The notes: a model not told the origin generated them from the sequence alone. A stretch of DNA of 64,000 bases from Candidatus Dadabacteria bacterium (GCA_963805855.1 CAWDVW010000002.1:128001-192000), one strand, 5' to 3'. Shown: positions 22,824 to 33,354, counted from the first letter of the stretch. Numbers and translations: made by a program.

Positions 22824-23291
22824 GACTGGATTGTTTTTTTTGATCGACCCAATGAAAAAGCTATCTTGACTAGAAAATCTATTCTAACAGTATGGCTAGA
22901 ATTTTAGATGTTTGAAAGTATAAAACCCTACGTTGAAAGTTAGTTGAATCTTCTTTTATTTTACTGAATTCGACTATTTATTCAAAATTCAGTCATGGAA
23001 CTAAATTGGCGTGAGACTCCATATATTGTTGGTTATATAAAGCAAACCTATCAAACCCAACGCGTGTCCCTAAGATTCGAAATTAAATCAATGATGTTCA
23101 ACTCAAATACCTTAAGACTAAACTCAATGCTCATTTGCTTAAACATAGAAGCTATAAAAGAGGGTAGACTGAGATGCGCTTCTCCGTCTAAGAGAACCGT
23201 GGTCTGGAATCAATGAATCAAATCCAAGGACTGGAACTTACTCTCTTTAAATAAGTCCCGCAAGAATATTATATCCAACCTTAATGCCAAA

Positions 23292-23639
23292 TCAGACAGC
23301 AACTACCGAATCATCGCTACCATAAATGTTCCGCTCGTATCTGTCAGCGTTCCAATCATTTTCCCACCTGTAGCCATCGACCAGATATCTAAATCTGTAT
23401 TCCCTGCCGGATTTCAGATCCAAGGTCAGCGTGAATTCCCCACTCTTGAGTTGTTTCATTGGATTAGCTTCGATCCTCCAATCATTAAAATCTCCGACAA
23501 TATTTACCCGCTGGGCACCTTTCACCGCTTCTTTCGGGAGTCTGAAAGAGACCTTACACACGCTGCCGGATTTAATGTACTGCTTTTTCAAGGCCTTTTC
23601 CTTGGACTGCTTCTTAGGTTTAGCTCGCGGCTTTTTCAT
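23292..23639 (-). CDS. Stand-alone CBM48 / isoamylase early-set domain protein with Lys-rich N-terminus
   Basis: VGDFNDW, YRFRYLVDG.RWENDW.AD motifs. Confidence 0.85.
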   Translation of the reverse strand: MKKPRAKPKKQSKEKALKKQYIKSGSVCKVSFRLPKEAVKGAQRVNIVGDFNDWRIEANPMKQLKSGEFTLTLDLKSGREYRFRYLVDGYRWENDWNADRYERNIYGSDDSVVAV

Positions 23640-24095
23640 CTACTGATCCTCTTTTTAAGGGATTTTTTCAAACTATTATAATCAATATCCCAGATTTTAA
23701 AATATGATTCAATCCCGTAGTGTCGAGTAAGAAATGATGACCTTATCTCAAACCGTCCATCCTGAAACGATAGGCGGGGTTTTCCAACCCCGCTTCAATG
23801 CCTTTGACAGGCTTAGTGTGAATGGTTTTAAGAATATTTTTTTCTTGCAGTAGCAGGATCTAGCTGCGAATTGTAATGTAGCAGAGGACTTCTGTCCCCA
23901 AATCTATGTCGTGGAGACCTAAAGGTTTTTGCTAGATTTAAGACACCCCAATTTTTCATCCCCTTTATGAAATTTGATTTATTAAGCATAGAACAACCAA
24001 ACAGGGTAGGCAACGGGTCTTGCTCGTTCTCATCCACCAGCAAGACTGGTGGACTACCCGGTGTTTAGGCAATTGGGGAGCATCTTTTCCCCCGT

Positions 24096-26768
24096 TTATA
24101 TATTAGGTTTTTTGTCTTGCAAGCAATACTCACCACATTGCTGTATGAGCTTGGCAACGACACCAGTCCATCCTGTTTGATGGCTTGCGCCTAATCCAGC
24201 CCCGTCATCACCATGAAAATATTCATTAAACAGGATAAGATCTCTCCAGTTAGGATCAGTTTGAAACCTTTCGGTTCCTCCAAAAACGGGCCTCCTCCCC
24301 GTCGAGTCCTCGAGAAATATCTTCATGAGCCTATGAGAGAGTTCAGTAGCAACCTCCCACAATGTCATTTCATTACCTGAGCCAGTCGGACATTCCACCT
24401 TGAATTCATCGCCTAAATAATAATGAAATTTTTGAAGTGATTCGATAAGCAGATAATTCACTGGAAACCATACCGGCCCCCTCCAGTTGGAATTGCCTCC
24501 AAACAGACCGGCATTAGATTCTGCAGGTTCATAGTCTAACCTATATTCAGCGCCATCAATGTCGAATATATAAGGATGATCTTTATGAATCTTTGAAACA
24601 GATCTGATACCATAGGGGCTCAATAGCCTTGATTCGTCAAGCATCAGTCGTAAGATGCGCCTTAATTTATGCTCATCAACTATTGATAGAAGTCTCCGTC
24701 GAATAGCCCCGCTCCTCTCCTTTATTGAACAGCCTTGAAGGAGGTCGGATCGATTTTCTAAAAACCAGTTAACCCTCCTTTGAAATCCAGGGAGCTTTGA
24801 TAATACATCGGATTCTATCGTCATAACAGCGAAAAGGGGTATGATACCCACCATGGAATGAATCCTTATCGGTATGGTATTTCCATTCGGCAGATTTATG
24901 ATGTCATAGTAAAAACCATCCTTTTCATCCCATAGGCCCTGATCCTGACTCCCCATTTTATTAATCGCATCAGCAATGTATAGAAAATGCTCGAAAAATT
25001 TGCTCGCTATATCTTCATAACTGGGATTGTCTTTTGAAAGCTCAAGTGCAATTGTAAGCATATTCAGGCAATACATCCCCATCCAGCTCGTTCCATCTGT
25101 TTGTTCAAGAAATCCACCTGTCGGAAGTTCCGCGCTTCTGTCAAAAATTCCGATATTGTCCAATCCGAGAAAACCACCCTCAAAGACATTATTTCCTTTA
25201 GCATCCTTTCGATTAACCCACCATGTGAAATTAAGCAGCAACTTTTGAAATACCCTTTCAAGAAAAAGGATATCCCGATTACCAAAAATCTTTTTCTCGA
25301 TCTGATATACCCTCCACGCAGCCCAGGCATGCACAGGTGGGTTCACATCACTAAAAGCCCATTCGTAAGCGGGAATCTGACCGTTCGGGTGCATATACCA
25401 CTCCCTGGTAAGCAGAATCAGTTGACGCTTTGCAAATTCAGGGTCAATCAGAGCAAGGGGTATCGTATGAAATGCCAGGTCCCAGGCTGCGAACCATGGA
25501 TACTCCCATTTATCTGGCATTGACAGAATATCGTCATTATAGAGATGAATCCACTCATGATTTCTTCCCCTTTTTCGCTCTTCGGGAGGCGGAGGTCCTG
25601 CAGGATCACCGATAAGCCAATCTTCAACCACGTAATTATAGAATTGCTTATTCCAGAGCATCCCGGCTAACGCCTGCCTGTACACCTTCCTCATATCATC
25701 CGTCAAGGGAAATGGGCAAATTCGTTTATAAAATTCATCCGCCTCATTTTTACGTACCTCAAAGATAGCCTCGAAAACCTCTCCAAGCGGATCGACAAGA
25801 CCATCTGAATTGCTAAGCCTGATCCTTAAAGCCTTTGATTCGCCCGATTCAAGTGTAAGCAAATAATGCGCTGAACCCTTTGTTCCAACCTCTTCTGAGT
25901 TAACAACGCTTCTCCTTCCCTCAACAATATAATCGTTTATACCATCTTTCAGGTAAGAACATCTATTACTCACACCAAACAATTTTTCATAATTTGTTTC
26001 GTTCTCGGTAAAGATTAATTCATCGGGAGTCCCACAATATAACCACATTTTACCGAGAGATTCGTGAGATGCTTCAATTACGCTAAATTGACCGGTAGAT
26101 TTCGTTGACCTTAGCAAGGGTTTATTCGAGGATTTATGCCAGGACCACGAATTACGAAACCAGAGTGTCGGCAGTATATGCAATTTTGCTTCTTCAGGCC
26201 CTCGATTTATAACGCTTATTCTTATGAGAATGTCCTCTGGCGAATTTTTGGAATATTCTACAAAAACGTCAAAGTATCTGTTATCATCAAATAAACCTGT
26301 ATCAAGAAGCTCATATTCAAAATCTCCCCTGCCTCTACCCCTATTTACCTCTACAAGTTGTCTATACGGATAAGATCCATGCGGATATTTGTACAGATAC
26401 TTCATGTAGGAATGTGTGGGAGTATTATCCAGATAAAAGTAATATTCTTTCACATCTTCCCCATGGTTACCTTCACTCCCAGTCAGACCAAATAACCTTT
26501 CCTTAAGGATCGGATCACTCCCATTCCACAGCGCGATGGCAAAACATAGCCTTTGATGGTTGTCGGAAATACCAGCTATTCCGTCCTCCCCCCACCTGTA
26601 AGCCCTCGAGCGCGCTTGATCGTGCGAAAAATAGTCCCATGCCGTTCCGTAGGGACTATAATCCTCTCTAACCGTCCCCCACTGGCGTTCGCTCAGGTAT
26701 GGACCCCATCTTCTCCAGTGAGCCTTGCGCAACCGGTCTTCCTCTAATCTCCTTTCTTCAGCGGTCAT
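24096..26768 (-). CDS. MGH1-like / GH63-related glycoside hydrolase
   Basis: [44 protein letters not shown] and GASHQTGWT motifs. ATG at 26768 follows a GGAGG RBS. Confidence 0.88.
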   Translation of the reverse strand: MTAEERRLEEDRLRKAHWRRWGPYLSERQWGTVREDYSPYGTAWDYFSHDQARSRAYRWGEDGIAGISDNHQRLCFAIALWNGSDPILKERLFGLTGSEGNHGEDVKEYYFYLDNTPTHSYMKYLYKYPHGSYPYRQLVEVNRGRGRGDFEYELLDTGLFDDNRYFDVFVEYSKNSPEDILIRISVINRGPEEAKLHILPTLWFRNSWSWHKSSNKPLLRSTKSTGQFSVIEASHESLGKMWLYCGTPDELIFTENETNYEKLFGVSNRCSYLKDGINDYIVEGRRSVVNSEEVGTKGSAHYLLTLESGESKALRIRLSNSDGLVDPLGEVFEAIFEVRKNEADEFYKRICPFPLTDDMRKVYRQALAGMLWNKQFYNYVVEDWLIGDPAGPPPPEERKRGRNHEWIHLYNDDILSMPDKWEYPWFAAWDLAFHTIPLALIDPEFAKRQLILLTREWYMHPNGQIPAYEWAFSDVNPPVHAWAAWRVYQIEKKIFGNRDILFLERVFQKLLLNFTWWVNRKDAKGNNVFEGGFLGLDNIGIFDRSAELPTGGFLEQTDGTSWMGMYCLNMLTIALELSKDNPSYEDIASKFFEHFLYIADAINKMGSQDQGLWDEKDGFYYDIINLPNGNTIPIRIHSMVGIIPLFAVMTIESDVLSKLPGFQRRVNWFLENRSDLLQGCSIKERSGAIRRRLLSIVDEHKLRRILRLMLDESRLLSPYGIRSVSKIHKDHPYIFDIDGAEYRLDYEPAESNAGLFGGNSNWRGPVWFPVNYLLIESLQKFHYYLGDEFKVECPTGSGNEMTLWEVATELSHRLMKIFLEDSTGRRPVFGGTERFQTDPNWRDLILFNEYFHGDDGAGLGASHQTGWTGVVAKLIQQCGEYCLQDKKPNI

Positions 26769-27035
26769 TAGTAATATATCCTCCAACTGAAAGGTGTTAC
26801 TTAAAGTTAGATTCTTTAAAACCACATCAGCTCAAGCGCAATACAACCGTAACTTCTCATAATCACTATTAGATAATCATGGAATACAATCTGGTCTCGA
26901 TGAGCTCCCAATTATTAATTTCATAGGATAACGTTAATGCAGAAATAAGCGGGCAATTTCAAAGGATAGCTTAAGTTACGGGGTTACAAATACAAAAAAC
27001 ATATTCAAATATTTTGTATGAAATTATTCGTGAAA

Positions 27036-27608
27036 CTATTTCTTCTTCATCCTTTCCAGGTACTCTCCCGTCCTTGTATCAACCTTTATCGTATCTCCCT
27101 CCTCTATAAAAAGGGGTACTGAAATTGTTGCCCCTGACTCCAGTGTAGCCGGCTTGGTACCCGCCGACACCGTATCCCCCCTCATGCCAGGCTCTGTCTT
27201 AATCACTTCCATCTCAACAGCTACGGGAAGATCTACCCCGATCGGTTCATTCCTATAAAATACTACGATTATCTCCTGCTGTTCCTTTAGAAACCTAGCC
27301 GAATCTCCAACCAATTCATTACTCAGCGCAAGCTGATCGTAGGTTTTCGAATCCATGAAGTGATAGCCTATGTCATCTTTGTAGAGAAACTGCATGGCTT
27401 TTCTTTCCATGTCTGGCACTTCAAATGTCTCACCGGAACGGAAATTCTTCTCCTGTACCGAAGACGTGATTATATTCCTGAGCTTTGTTTTAACCACAGG
27501 GCTTCGCTGAGCGATCTTGGAGTGATGGTATTCCAGAACCTCCCATATTTCACCTTCATACTCTATCTTTAGGCCTTTATAAAATCGACTAGTATCGACC
27601 ACACCCAT
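27036..27608 (-). CDS. efp: Translation elongation factor P (non-canonical loop tip)
   Basis: GLKI, FMD..TYDQ, PGMRGDTV..GTKPATLE and VPLFI.EGD.IKVDTRTGEY motifs. Confidence 0.95.
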   Translation of the reverse strand: MGVVDTSRFYKGLKIEYEGEIWEVLEYHHSKIAQRSPVVKTKLRNIITSSVQEKNFRSGETFEVPDMERKAMQFLYKDDIGYHFMDSKTYDQLALSNELVGDSARFLKEQQEIIVVFYRNEPIGVDLPVAVEMEVIKTEPGMRGDTVSAGTKPATLESGATISVPLFIEEGDTIKVDTRTGEYLERMKKK

Positions 27609-27612
27609 CGTT

Positions 27613-28047
27613 TTAATGCCTCCTCCGTAACAATTGTTTTCTCCACCAATTTACGTGCTTTTTCTCATCATAGATTATGAGATCCAGTATTTTCCTGTCA
27701 TTTCGGTTCTTACAAACACCCGATGCAGCCATCAGGAATAACCTTTCAGCTTCTTCTCCAAATTGCATAAAAAAGCACAAACTTCTTGACCCCAGCACCG
27801 CTGATAACCTACCCACTCTCTCTCCAAACCTCTCTGCCAATTCTCCACCCCTCTTTGGAGTTTCTATTCCAAGTTCATCAAGCATCTTAGCGGTCATCAT
27901 CGTATGCTTCCCCTCTTCTCGCAATAACACCACTATTTCTAGGTCATGCGCATACCTATTGGTGGCTAATGCCTCGTACACCCCCATCGTCATTCTTTTT
28001 GAAATATAAACAAGCTTTAGAATACTACCTGATTTCATTGTCATCAT
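27613..28047 (-). CDS. Ferritin-like four-helix protein (COQ7/rubrerythrin-like fold)
   Basis: Two ExxH motifs (EEGKH, DEKKH) at ferritin-like spacing. Confidence 0.55.
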   Translation of the reverse strand: MMTMKSGSILKLVYISKRMTMGVYEALATNRYAHDLEIVVLLREEGKHTMMTAKMLDELGIETPKRGGELAERFGERVGRLSAVLGSRSLCFFMQFGEEAERLFLMAASGVCKNRNDRKILDLIIYDEKKHVNWWRKQLLRRRH

Positions 28048-28229
28048 TGTTCTTCCATCTCAATTTCTCTTTCAGAATCGTCTCCGGTTTGGATCCTGTC
28101 ATTAATTACATATTCCTCGGAGATCCAAGAACCTAGATCTATCAGTTTACATCTCCTTGAACAAAACGGTCTCCATTCATTTCCCTGCCAGGTAGTAGAC
28201 TCACGGCATCTGGGACATTTCACAATCAT
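28044..28229 (-). CDS. yacG: DNA gyrase inhibitor YacG
   Basis: CPRC...WRPFCSRRCKLIDLGSW zinc finger with acidic tail. Confidence 0.92.
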   Translation of the reverse strand: MIVKCPRCRESTTWQGNEWRPFCSRRCKLIDLGSWISEEYVINDRIQTGDDSEREIEMEEQ

Positions 28230-28399
28230 GTTATGAAATTATGTCATATGCTTTGTAATTTAAAAGAGACAAAAAAACCAGAATGGCAACTTCTGATATT
28301 ATGAAACTTTCAAACGGAGTCAATCTAGAGCCATGCTTACGGCTATTTCGCTGTTGTGATGAGACATATTGATCTTTACCATTTTTTTATCTCAAGAAA

Positions 28400-28984
28400 T
28401 CAAGGGGTCTCCTTTTTACTAGACAATTCTCCTTCAACCAATTCGCAAATGATATGTGCCACGGTGATATGTAATTCCTGTATCCTGGGTGTTGATTTCG
28501 AAGGAATCTTGACTAAACAATCAACAGTATCCCCTATTTTACCTACCTCGGAACCCGTCAATAAAATTGTTTTGAGCCCTGCAGATTTTGCCACTTCTAA
28601 CGCACTAACAACATTTTTTGATTTTCCACTTGTGGATATCCCCCAAGCCACATCGCCTTTCCTTCCAAGCGCTTCAATTTGGCGAGAGAATATATTGCTA
28701 AATGAACGATCATTACCTATTGACGTAATTAGCGACGTATCTGTAGTGAGAGCAATTGCCGAAAACGCTTCCCTATCTTTGGAAAACCTATTGACAAACT
28801 CCGAAGCAATGTGCTGTGCGTCTGCAGCACTTCCTCCATTTCCAAATATTAAGACTTTAGCCCCCGACTTGATTGATTTTTGAATAATTTTGGTAGCCTG
28901 AGCTATATCATTTACAGATTCCTTTGCGAAACGAAGTTTCAGCTCAGCGCTTTCCCTCAGTCTTGAGATTATGTGCTCTTTCAT
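28400..28984 (-). CDS. gmhA: Phosphoheptose isomerase
   Basis: GNGGSAADAQH, GISTSGKS and TPRIQELH motifs. Confidence 0.93.
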   Translation of the reverse strand: MKEHIISRLRESAELKLRFAKESVNDIAQATKIIQKSIKSGAKVLIFGNGGSAADAQHIASEFVNRFSKDREAFSAIALTTDTSLITSIGNDRSFSNIFSRQIEALGRKGDVAWGISTSGKSKNVVSALEVAKSAGLKTILLTGSEVGKIGDTVDCLVKIPSKSTPRIQELHITVAHIICELVEGELSSKKETP

Positions 28985-28987
28985 CTC

Positions 28988-30793
28988 TCACGTTCTCTTA
29001 AACATTTTATCTAACTCCTCAAATGAAATCTCCCTCGCAACTGGCCTCCCGTGAGGACAGGAATGTGGGAAATCGGCCTTATCGAGCTGTCCCAACAATG
29101 AAATAATCTTTTGATGGTTCAACTTCTCACTAGCACGAATCGATGAGTGACAGGCAATGGTAGCAATGATGTTGTCTTGCCTATCGGTTAGACTCTTTTC
29201 CTTATCCATTGACGCAATCTCCCCCAAAATATCTTTCATAAGTCCCTTGATATCTTTAGTTTCAAGCATGGATGCAATTGATCTGATAACAAAACTATCT
29301 TTACCAAACTCCTCAATCTCAATTCCTAGGTTCCCTAATTCCTCCAAATACTCCTTCATAATACGCGCCTCATAAGGCGATAATTCTAGAGTGATTGGGA
29401 GTAGTAATTTTTGTCTTTCCTGTCTGCCATTTTCTGACTGAGCCCTTTTTAGTTTTTCATAATTTAACCTTTCGTGTGCGGCGTGTTGGTCAATCAGTAT
29501 CATCCCTTCTCCAGATTCACAGACTATATACAGTTCCCCGATCTGTCCCACAATCTTTAAGCTGGAGAAATAGCCTTCCTCCTTTAATGCGCCCTGTGTA
29601 AGAGGTTTTAGGGGGCGAGTCTCAGCTCTCCTATGGAACGTAATATTTTCTGATTCTAATTTTGGCATTTCTCTGGGTTTCGGCCGATCCTCGACCCCTT
29701 GACGATGAAAAACTTTTCTGTCCCTATCTAAAACCCTCGCGTCAAAATGCTCTTTCCTCTCATAAAATCTATTTACTGCATTCTCGATCCTGTTATGATA
29801 ACCCTTGATCCAGGGAGCACCCCTGAGCATTTCAAAAATTGCAGCCTTGATCGAGTCCCCTATGAAATTCGGTCTCCGAAATCTGACCTCATTCTTGGTT
29901 GGATGCACATTAACGTCAACCTCTTGATAAGGAAGATCAATTGATAGCACCCCCTGCGGGAATTTACCCTTTTCCAAAAGCGTTCCATATGAGTCGATGG
30001 CCATTCTTGTAAGTATCCTATCTTTAACCGGGCGGGAGTTTACGTACGTGTACAATCTTTGTGTAGTCGATCGAGCGTCATCGGGCCCGTTTAAAAATCC
30101 ATGTATCAATATCCCATCAACTTCAAAATACACTCTATGTAGCGCGGTTGCAGGGAAAATGTCAGGTAATCTATCTTCAATAGAAGCCCTTTCAGAAAGA
30201 CAGATAATAGCCTTGCCATTATGCGATACCTCGAACCTTACGTCCGGTCGGGACAAAGACTCCCTTTGTACAACATCAAGAACATTTCGGAGCTCTGTAT
30301 CAGTGGTCTTCATGAATTTAAGTCTAGGTGGCGTGTTATAAAAAATATCTCTTGCTTCAATAGAAGTGCCCTGCGGACAGCCAGTTTCTTGGACACTTTT
30401 TATCGTTCCCCCCAAGACAGATATCCTGACACCGACAATCTGTCCCTCTGTCCTCGTTGTGATTGAGAGTCGAGAAACCGCTGCTATGCTCGGGAGCGCC
30501 TCGCCACGAAACCCAAGCGTACTCATCGTATTAAGGTCATCTATTCGTTTGAGCTTGCTAGTCGCGTGACGTTCGAGTGAGAGAAGCGCATCATCCCTGC
30601 TCATCCCTAAACCATTGTCCGATACCCTAATAAGCCTTTTACCCCCTGCACCTAATTCAATATTTATGCTCGTCCCCCCAGCATCAAGAGCGTTTTCTAC
30701 CAGCTCTTTAACAATAGACGAGGGTCTCTCTACTATCTCACCCGCAGCTATCTTCGAAACCACAGAATCGGGCAGAATCCTGATATTTCCCAT
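28988..30793 (-). CDS. mutL: DNA mismatch repair endonuclease MutL
   Basis: KIAAGE, KELVENALDA, HATSK, GFRGEAL and VDVNVHPTK motifs. Endonuclease motifs DQHAAHER, ACH and CPHGRP are present. Confidence 0.97.
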   Translation of the reverse strand: MGNIRILPDSVVSKIAAGEIVERPSSIVKELVENALDAGGTSINIELGAGGKRLIRVSDNGLGMSRDDALLSLERHATSKLKRIDDLNTMSTLGFRGEALPSIAAVSRLSITTRTEGQIVGVRISVLGGTIKSVQETGCPQGTSIEARDIFYNTPPRLKFMKTTDTELRNVLDVVQRESLSRPDVRFEVSHNGKAIICLSERASIEDRLPDIFPATALHRVYFEVDGILIHGFLNGPDDARSTTQRLYTYVNSRPVKDRILTRMAIDSYGTLLEKGKFPQGVLSIDLPYQEVDVNVHPTKNEVRFRRPNFIGDSIKAAIFEMLRGAPWIKGYHNRIENAVNRFYERKEHFDARVLDRDRKVFHRQGVEDRPKPREMPKLESENITFHRRAETRPLKPLTQGALKEEGYFSSLKIVGQIGELYIVCESGEGMILIDQHAAHERLNYEKLKRAQSENGRQERQKLLLPITLELSPYEARIMKEYLEELGNLGIEIEEFGKDSFVIRSIASMLETKDIKGLMKDILGEIASMDKEKSLTDRQDNIIATIACHSSIRASEKLNHQKIISLLGQLDKADFPHSCPHGRPVAREISFEELDKMFKRT

Positions 30794-30805
30794 TACTTCA
30801 TTGCC

Positions 30806-30834
30806 ATTTTACATAATAGAAATTTATGAGTCAA
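30806..30834 (-). promoter_or_regulatory. Putative sigma70 promoter of mutL-gmhA
   Basis: TTGACT-17 nt-TAAAAT on the minus strand, just upstream of the mutL ATG. Confidence 0.4.
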
Positions 30835-31139
30835 AATGAATGAATATCCTTATATGATTCGAGATAAAATGACCCCTTAAATCTGAAATACAGCACGCGA
30901 TCATTAATTGAACTGGATCCTAATATATTACTGCTAAAAGGAAAAATTTTATTGACCGTGTTTATAAAAAGGCAAAAACGATGCTCTTGACACACGACCG
31001 GTACCAAGTGAAAAAACCCTATTAACATCGATATCGGTACAAACTAGCGAGTTCAAGATATCACATCTGTTTACCCGGATTTTTACCCCTTTATCCCATC
31101 ACCGGACTATGGCTATTTATACGTCGTCAACCGAGATTG

Positions 31140-31484
31140 CTATTTAGCTCTTTTAGTAGCCTTTGCTTTCTTTGCTTTCTTCGCTGGCGATTTTTTCACT
31201 TTCTTCAGCGAGGTGATAAATTTATCTACGGAAATTCCCGCTAGTGTCATTATTTCTACTGTACCGCGTGCGCATAAATCCACCGACACTTTGCTTATAG
31301 TTTCGTTATTTGGAGCCTCAACTATGCTCACAAAGTCGTAAGGACCAAGAGTAGCAAATTGTTGAAGAACCTTTGCTCCCATCCTCTCCATTTCCTTATC
31401 GACCTCTTTAATCCGTCCTGGCCTTTCTTTTATGGTTCTTCTTCCATCCGGAGTCAGCTTGCTCAAAAGTATATAGGTAGCCAT
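31140..31484 (-). CDS. GYD domain protein with Lys/Ala-rich C-terminal tail
   Basis: TLGPYDFV motif, GGAGG RBS, tail KKVKKSPAKKAKKAKATKRAK. Confidence 0.85.
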   Translation of the reverse strand: MATYILLSKLTPDGRRTIKERPGRIKEVDKEMERMGAKVLQQFATLGPYDFVSIVEAPNNETISKVSVDLCARGTVEIMTLAGISVDKFITSLKKVKKSPAKKAKKAKATKRAK

Positions 31485-31655
31485 TTATTGCACCTCCTTT
31501 TTATGTAATTTACCGTTAATCATACTTATAACATTTTTTTGCACCCCGAATCAAGCTTTTTTTGGTCTGATCATAAGCTCCCAGACCTATAGTACTTTTG
31601 GATAAATTACTATTTCGGCATGATTTATGTATACTCTAGATTTAATACTTAATGC

Positions 31656-33269
31656 ATGAGTGGAGAGTTTATGAATTACTTTGATTCAATAACTAAATTT
31701 AAAGCAAAATTTATTAAATTAGCCTGTTTTCTCGCACCTTCACTGTTTCTTACAATACTCCTTTCCGCTAGCTATGATCAGATTGGATTTGCTAAATCAA
31801 AAGATCAGGAATCTCCAAAGAGGGTTTTACAGGTTAAGGATTATAAATGGGCATCCGGTGGCATGGGACGACCGGGGATACTCGGTGAAATAACATTGGA
31901 AAACATAGGCAATAATGATTACGAAAACATTGAGATCGAGGCAAATTTTTACACAGAAAACGACATCCCTCTCGGCTCTCTTCGATCTACTATAAATGAT
32001 GTCCTTCAAAGCGGAACTACAAAAACATTCAAAAATATCAAGTTTGGATTAATGCATTCCGAGCTTCAAAAAACCGTAGTCAATGTAGTAGGTGCGGAGA
32101 TGTTAGAAAAGGGGATTCCGGGACAGCCCAAAGACGTAATAGTTGTTAAGGATTGGCAGTGGTCTGGGGGTCAGTATGGCACCGAGGGAATATTAAAGGA
32201 TATAACATTAGAAAATACCAGCAAAAACAATTATTCAAACGTAAAAATAGAGGTTCAGTACCTTGGAGTACCCGGTCCGGAGACTGGGACTAAGGGATAT
32301 ACGAGTAGAGCGGTGATCCACGACATTCTGCCTGCAAAGAACACCAGAACCTATAATGGTATAAATGTCGGATTCAGACACCCTGACGCAAAAGAAGTAG
32401 TAATCACAGTGATTGACGCTGATAAGATTTCGGTGAAAGAAGCAAGGTACAGACTTGCTAAGAAGGGAGAATCCATAAATATTGAAGGTGAAGAAACCGA
32501 GCCAAGAACCAGGAAAAAATCACTTGCCGAAAGGTACAGGGAGGAACGCGGGCTCACCGAACCCTCAGAAGAAACCTCTGAAGAAGAAACTACTATATCC
32601 CAGGTGCCTGATTCAACCAAGGTCGATGAAGGGGAAAGATTGTCACTTGCCGAGCGCTACAGGAAAGAGGTTCTCAATAAACCAACAATAGACGATGCTC
32701 CCCAGATTTCATTGGTAGAAAGGTATAAACAGAGAATACTGAGCGAATCAAACGAAGAATTCATATCGCCGACATACAGCGGTGCCACTAGAGCGCCATT
32801 GGGGACAGAATACTCTTTTCAGAGTGGTCCCGGGGCAGCCTCAAGGGACAACCAGGAAGAGTCCTCCGGCTCTAAGAAGACTTCGGAAGGTGAAGCCACG
32901 AAGGCCGCCAAGAGCGGTAAACGAGCAGAAGCTGAAAATCAGGAAGAAGTGGACTTCGTTCCCGTTCCTGAAAGGGATATTGTCGTAAAAGATTTCAAAT
33001 TGGCCGGAGGCGGAATCCCCCAAACTATGGGGAGACTTAGCACACTAACTCTAGAAAACATTAGCGGAATAAGCTATTCAAGTATTCAACTTGAGGTTGC
33101 CTTCTTCCTTTATCAGGGTAATACGCCGATGGGTTCGCATAAAGTCACACTTTATGAAACACTTCCGCCTCATGCCACTCGAGAATTCAAGAACGTTAAG
33201 ATCGGCATGTTAAGCGAAATACCACAGGAGATACAGGTAACCGTAGTAGGTGCCACAGCAGTCGACTAG
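31656..33269 (+). CDS. Exported/membrane-anchored hypothetical protein with three related beta-rich (FxLYD-like) domains
   Basis: Hydrophobic N-terminus and three repeats of VKD.....GG...G.L..ITLEN...Y..I..E. Confidence 0.75.
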   Translation: MSGEFMNYFDSITKFKAKFIKLACFLAPSLFLTILLSASYDQIGFAKSKDQESPKRVLQVKDYKWASGGMGRPGILGEITLENIGNNDYENIEIEANFYTENDIPLGSLRSTINDVLQSGTTKTFKNIKFGLMHSELQKTVVNVVGAEMLEKGIPGQPKDVIVVKDWQWSGGQYGTEGILKDITLENTSKNNYSNVKIEVQYLGVPGPETGTKGYTSRAVIHDILPAKNTRTYNGINVGFRHPDAKEVVITVIDADKISVKEARYRLAKKGESINIEGEETEPRTRKKSLAERYREERGLTEPSEETSEEETTISQVPDSTKVDEGERLSLAERYRKEVLNKPTIDDAPQISLVERYKQRILSESNEEFISPTYSGATRAPLGTEYSFQSGPGAASRDNQEESSGSKKTSEGEATKAAKSGKRAEAENQEEVDFVPVPERDIVVKDFKLAGGGIPQTMGRLSTLTLENISGISYSSIQLEVAFFLYQGNTPMGSHKVTLYETLPPHATREFKNVKIGMLSEIPQEIQVTVVGATAVD

Positions 33270-33279
33270 GGTTGAAGAA

Positions 33280-33354
33280 TGGTGGGCGGTACTGGATTTG
33301 AACCAGTGACTTCCACCGTGTGAGGATGGCACTCTTCCACTGAGTTAACCGCCC
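33280..33354 (-). tRNA. tRNA-Val(CAC), CCA encoded
   Basis: Reverse complement is GGGCGGTTAACTCAGTGGAAGAGTGCCATCCT-CAC-ACGGTGGAAGTCACTGGTTCAAATCCAGTACCGCCCACCA, which folds as a cloverleaf. Confidence 0.96.

Noticed and set aside
22995-23216. 73-aa ORF (also 23828-24043, 30831-31028, 37194-37391, 61645-61833)
   Set aside because: No recognisable motifs or convincing RBS; these lie in AT-rich or repeat-containing intergenic DNA.
28044-28229. yacG as part of the gyrB/ParE islet
   Set aside because: It lies 8 kb away in a housekeeping operon and nothing in the sequence links it to the islet.
33280-33354. tRNA-Val as an island integration site
   Set aside because: I saw no duplicate of its 3' end and no integrase in the window.
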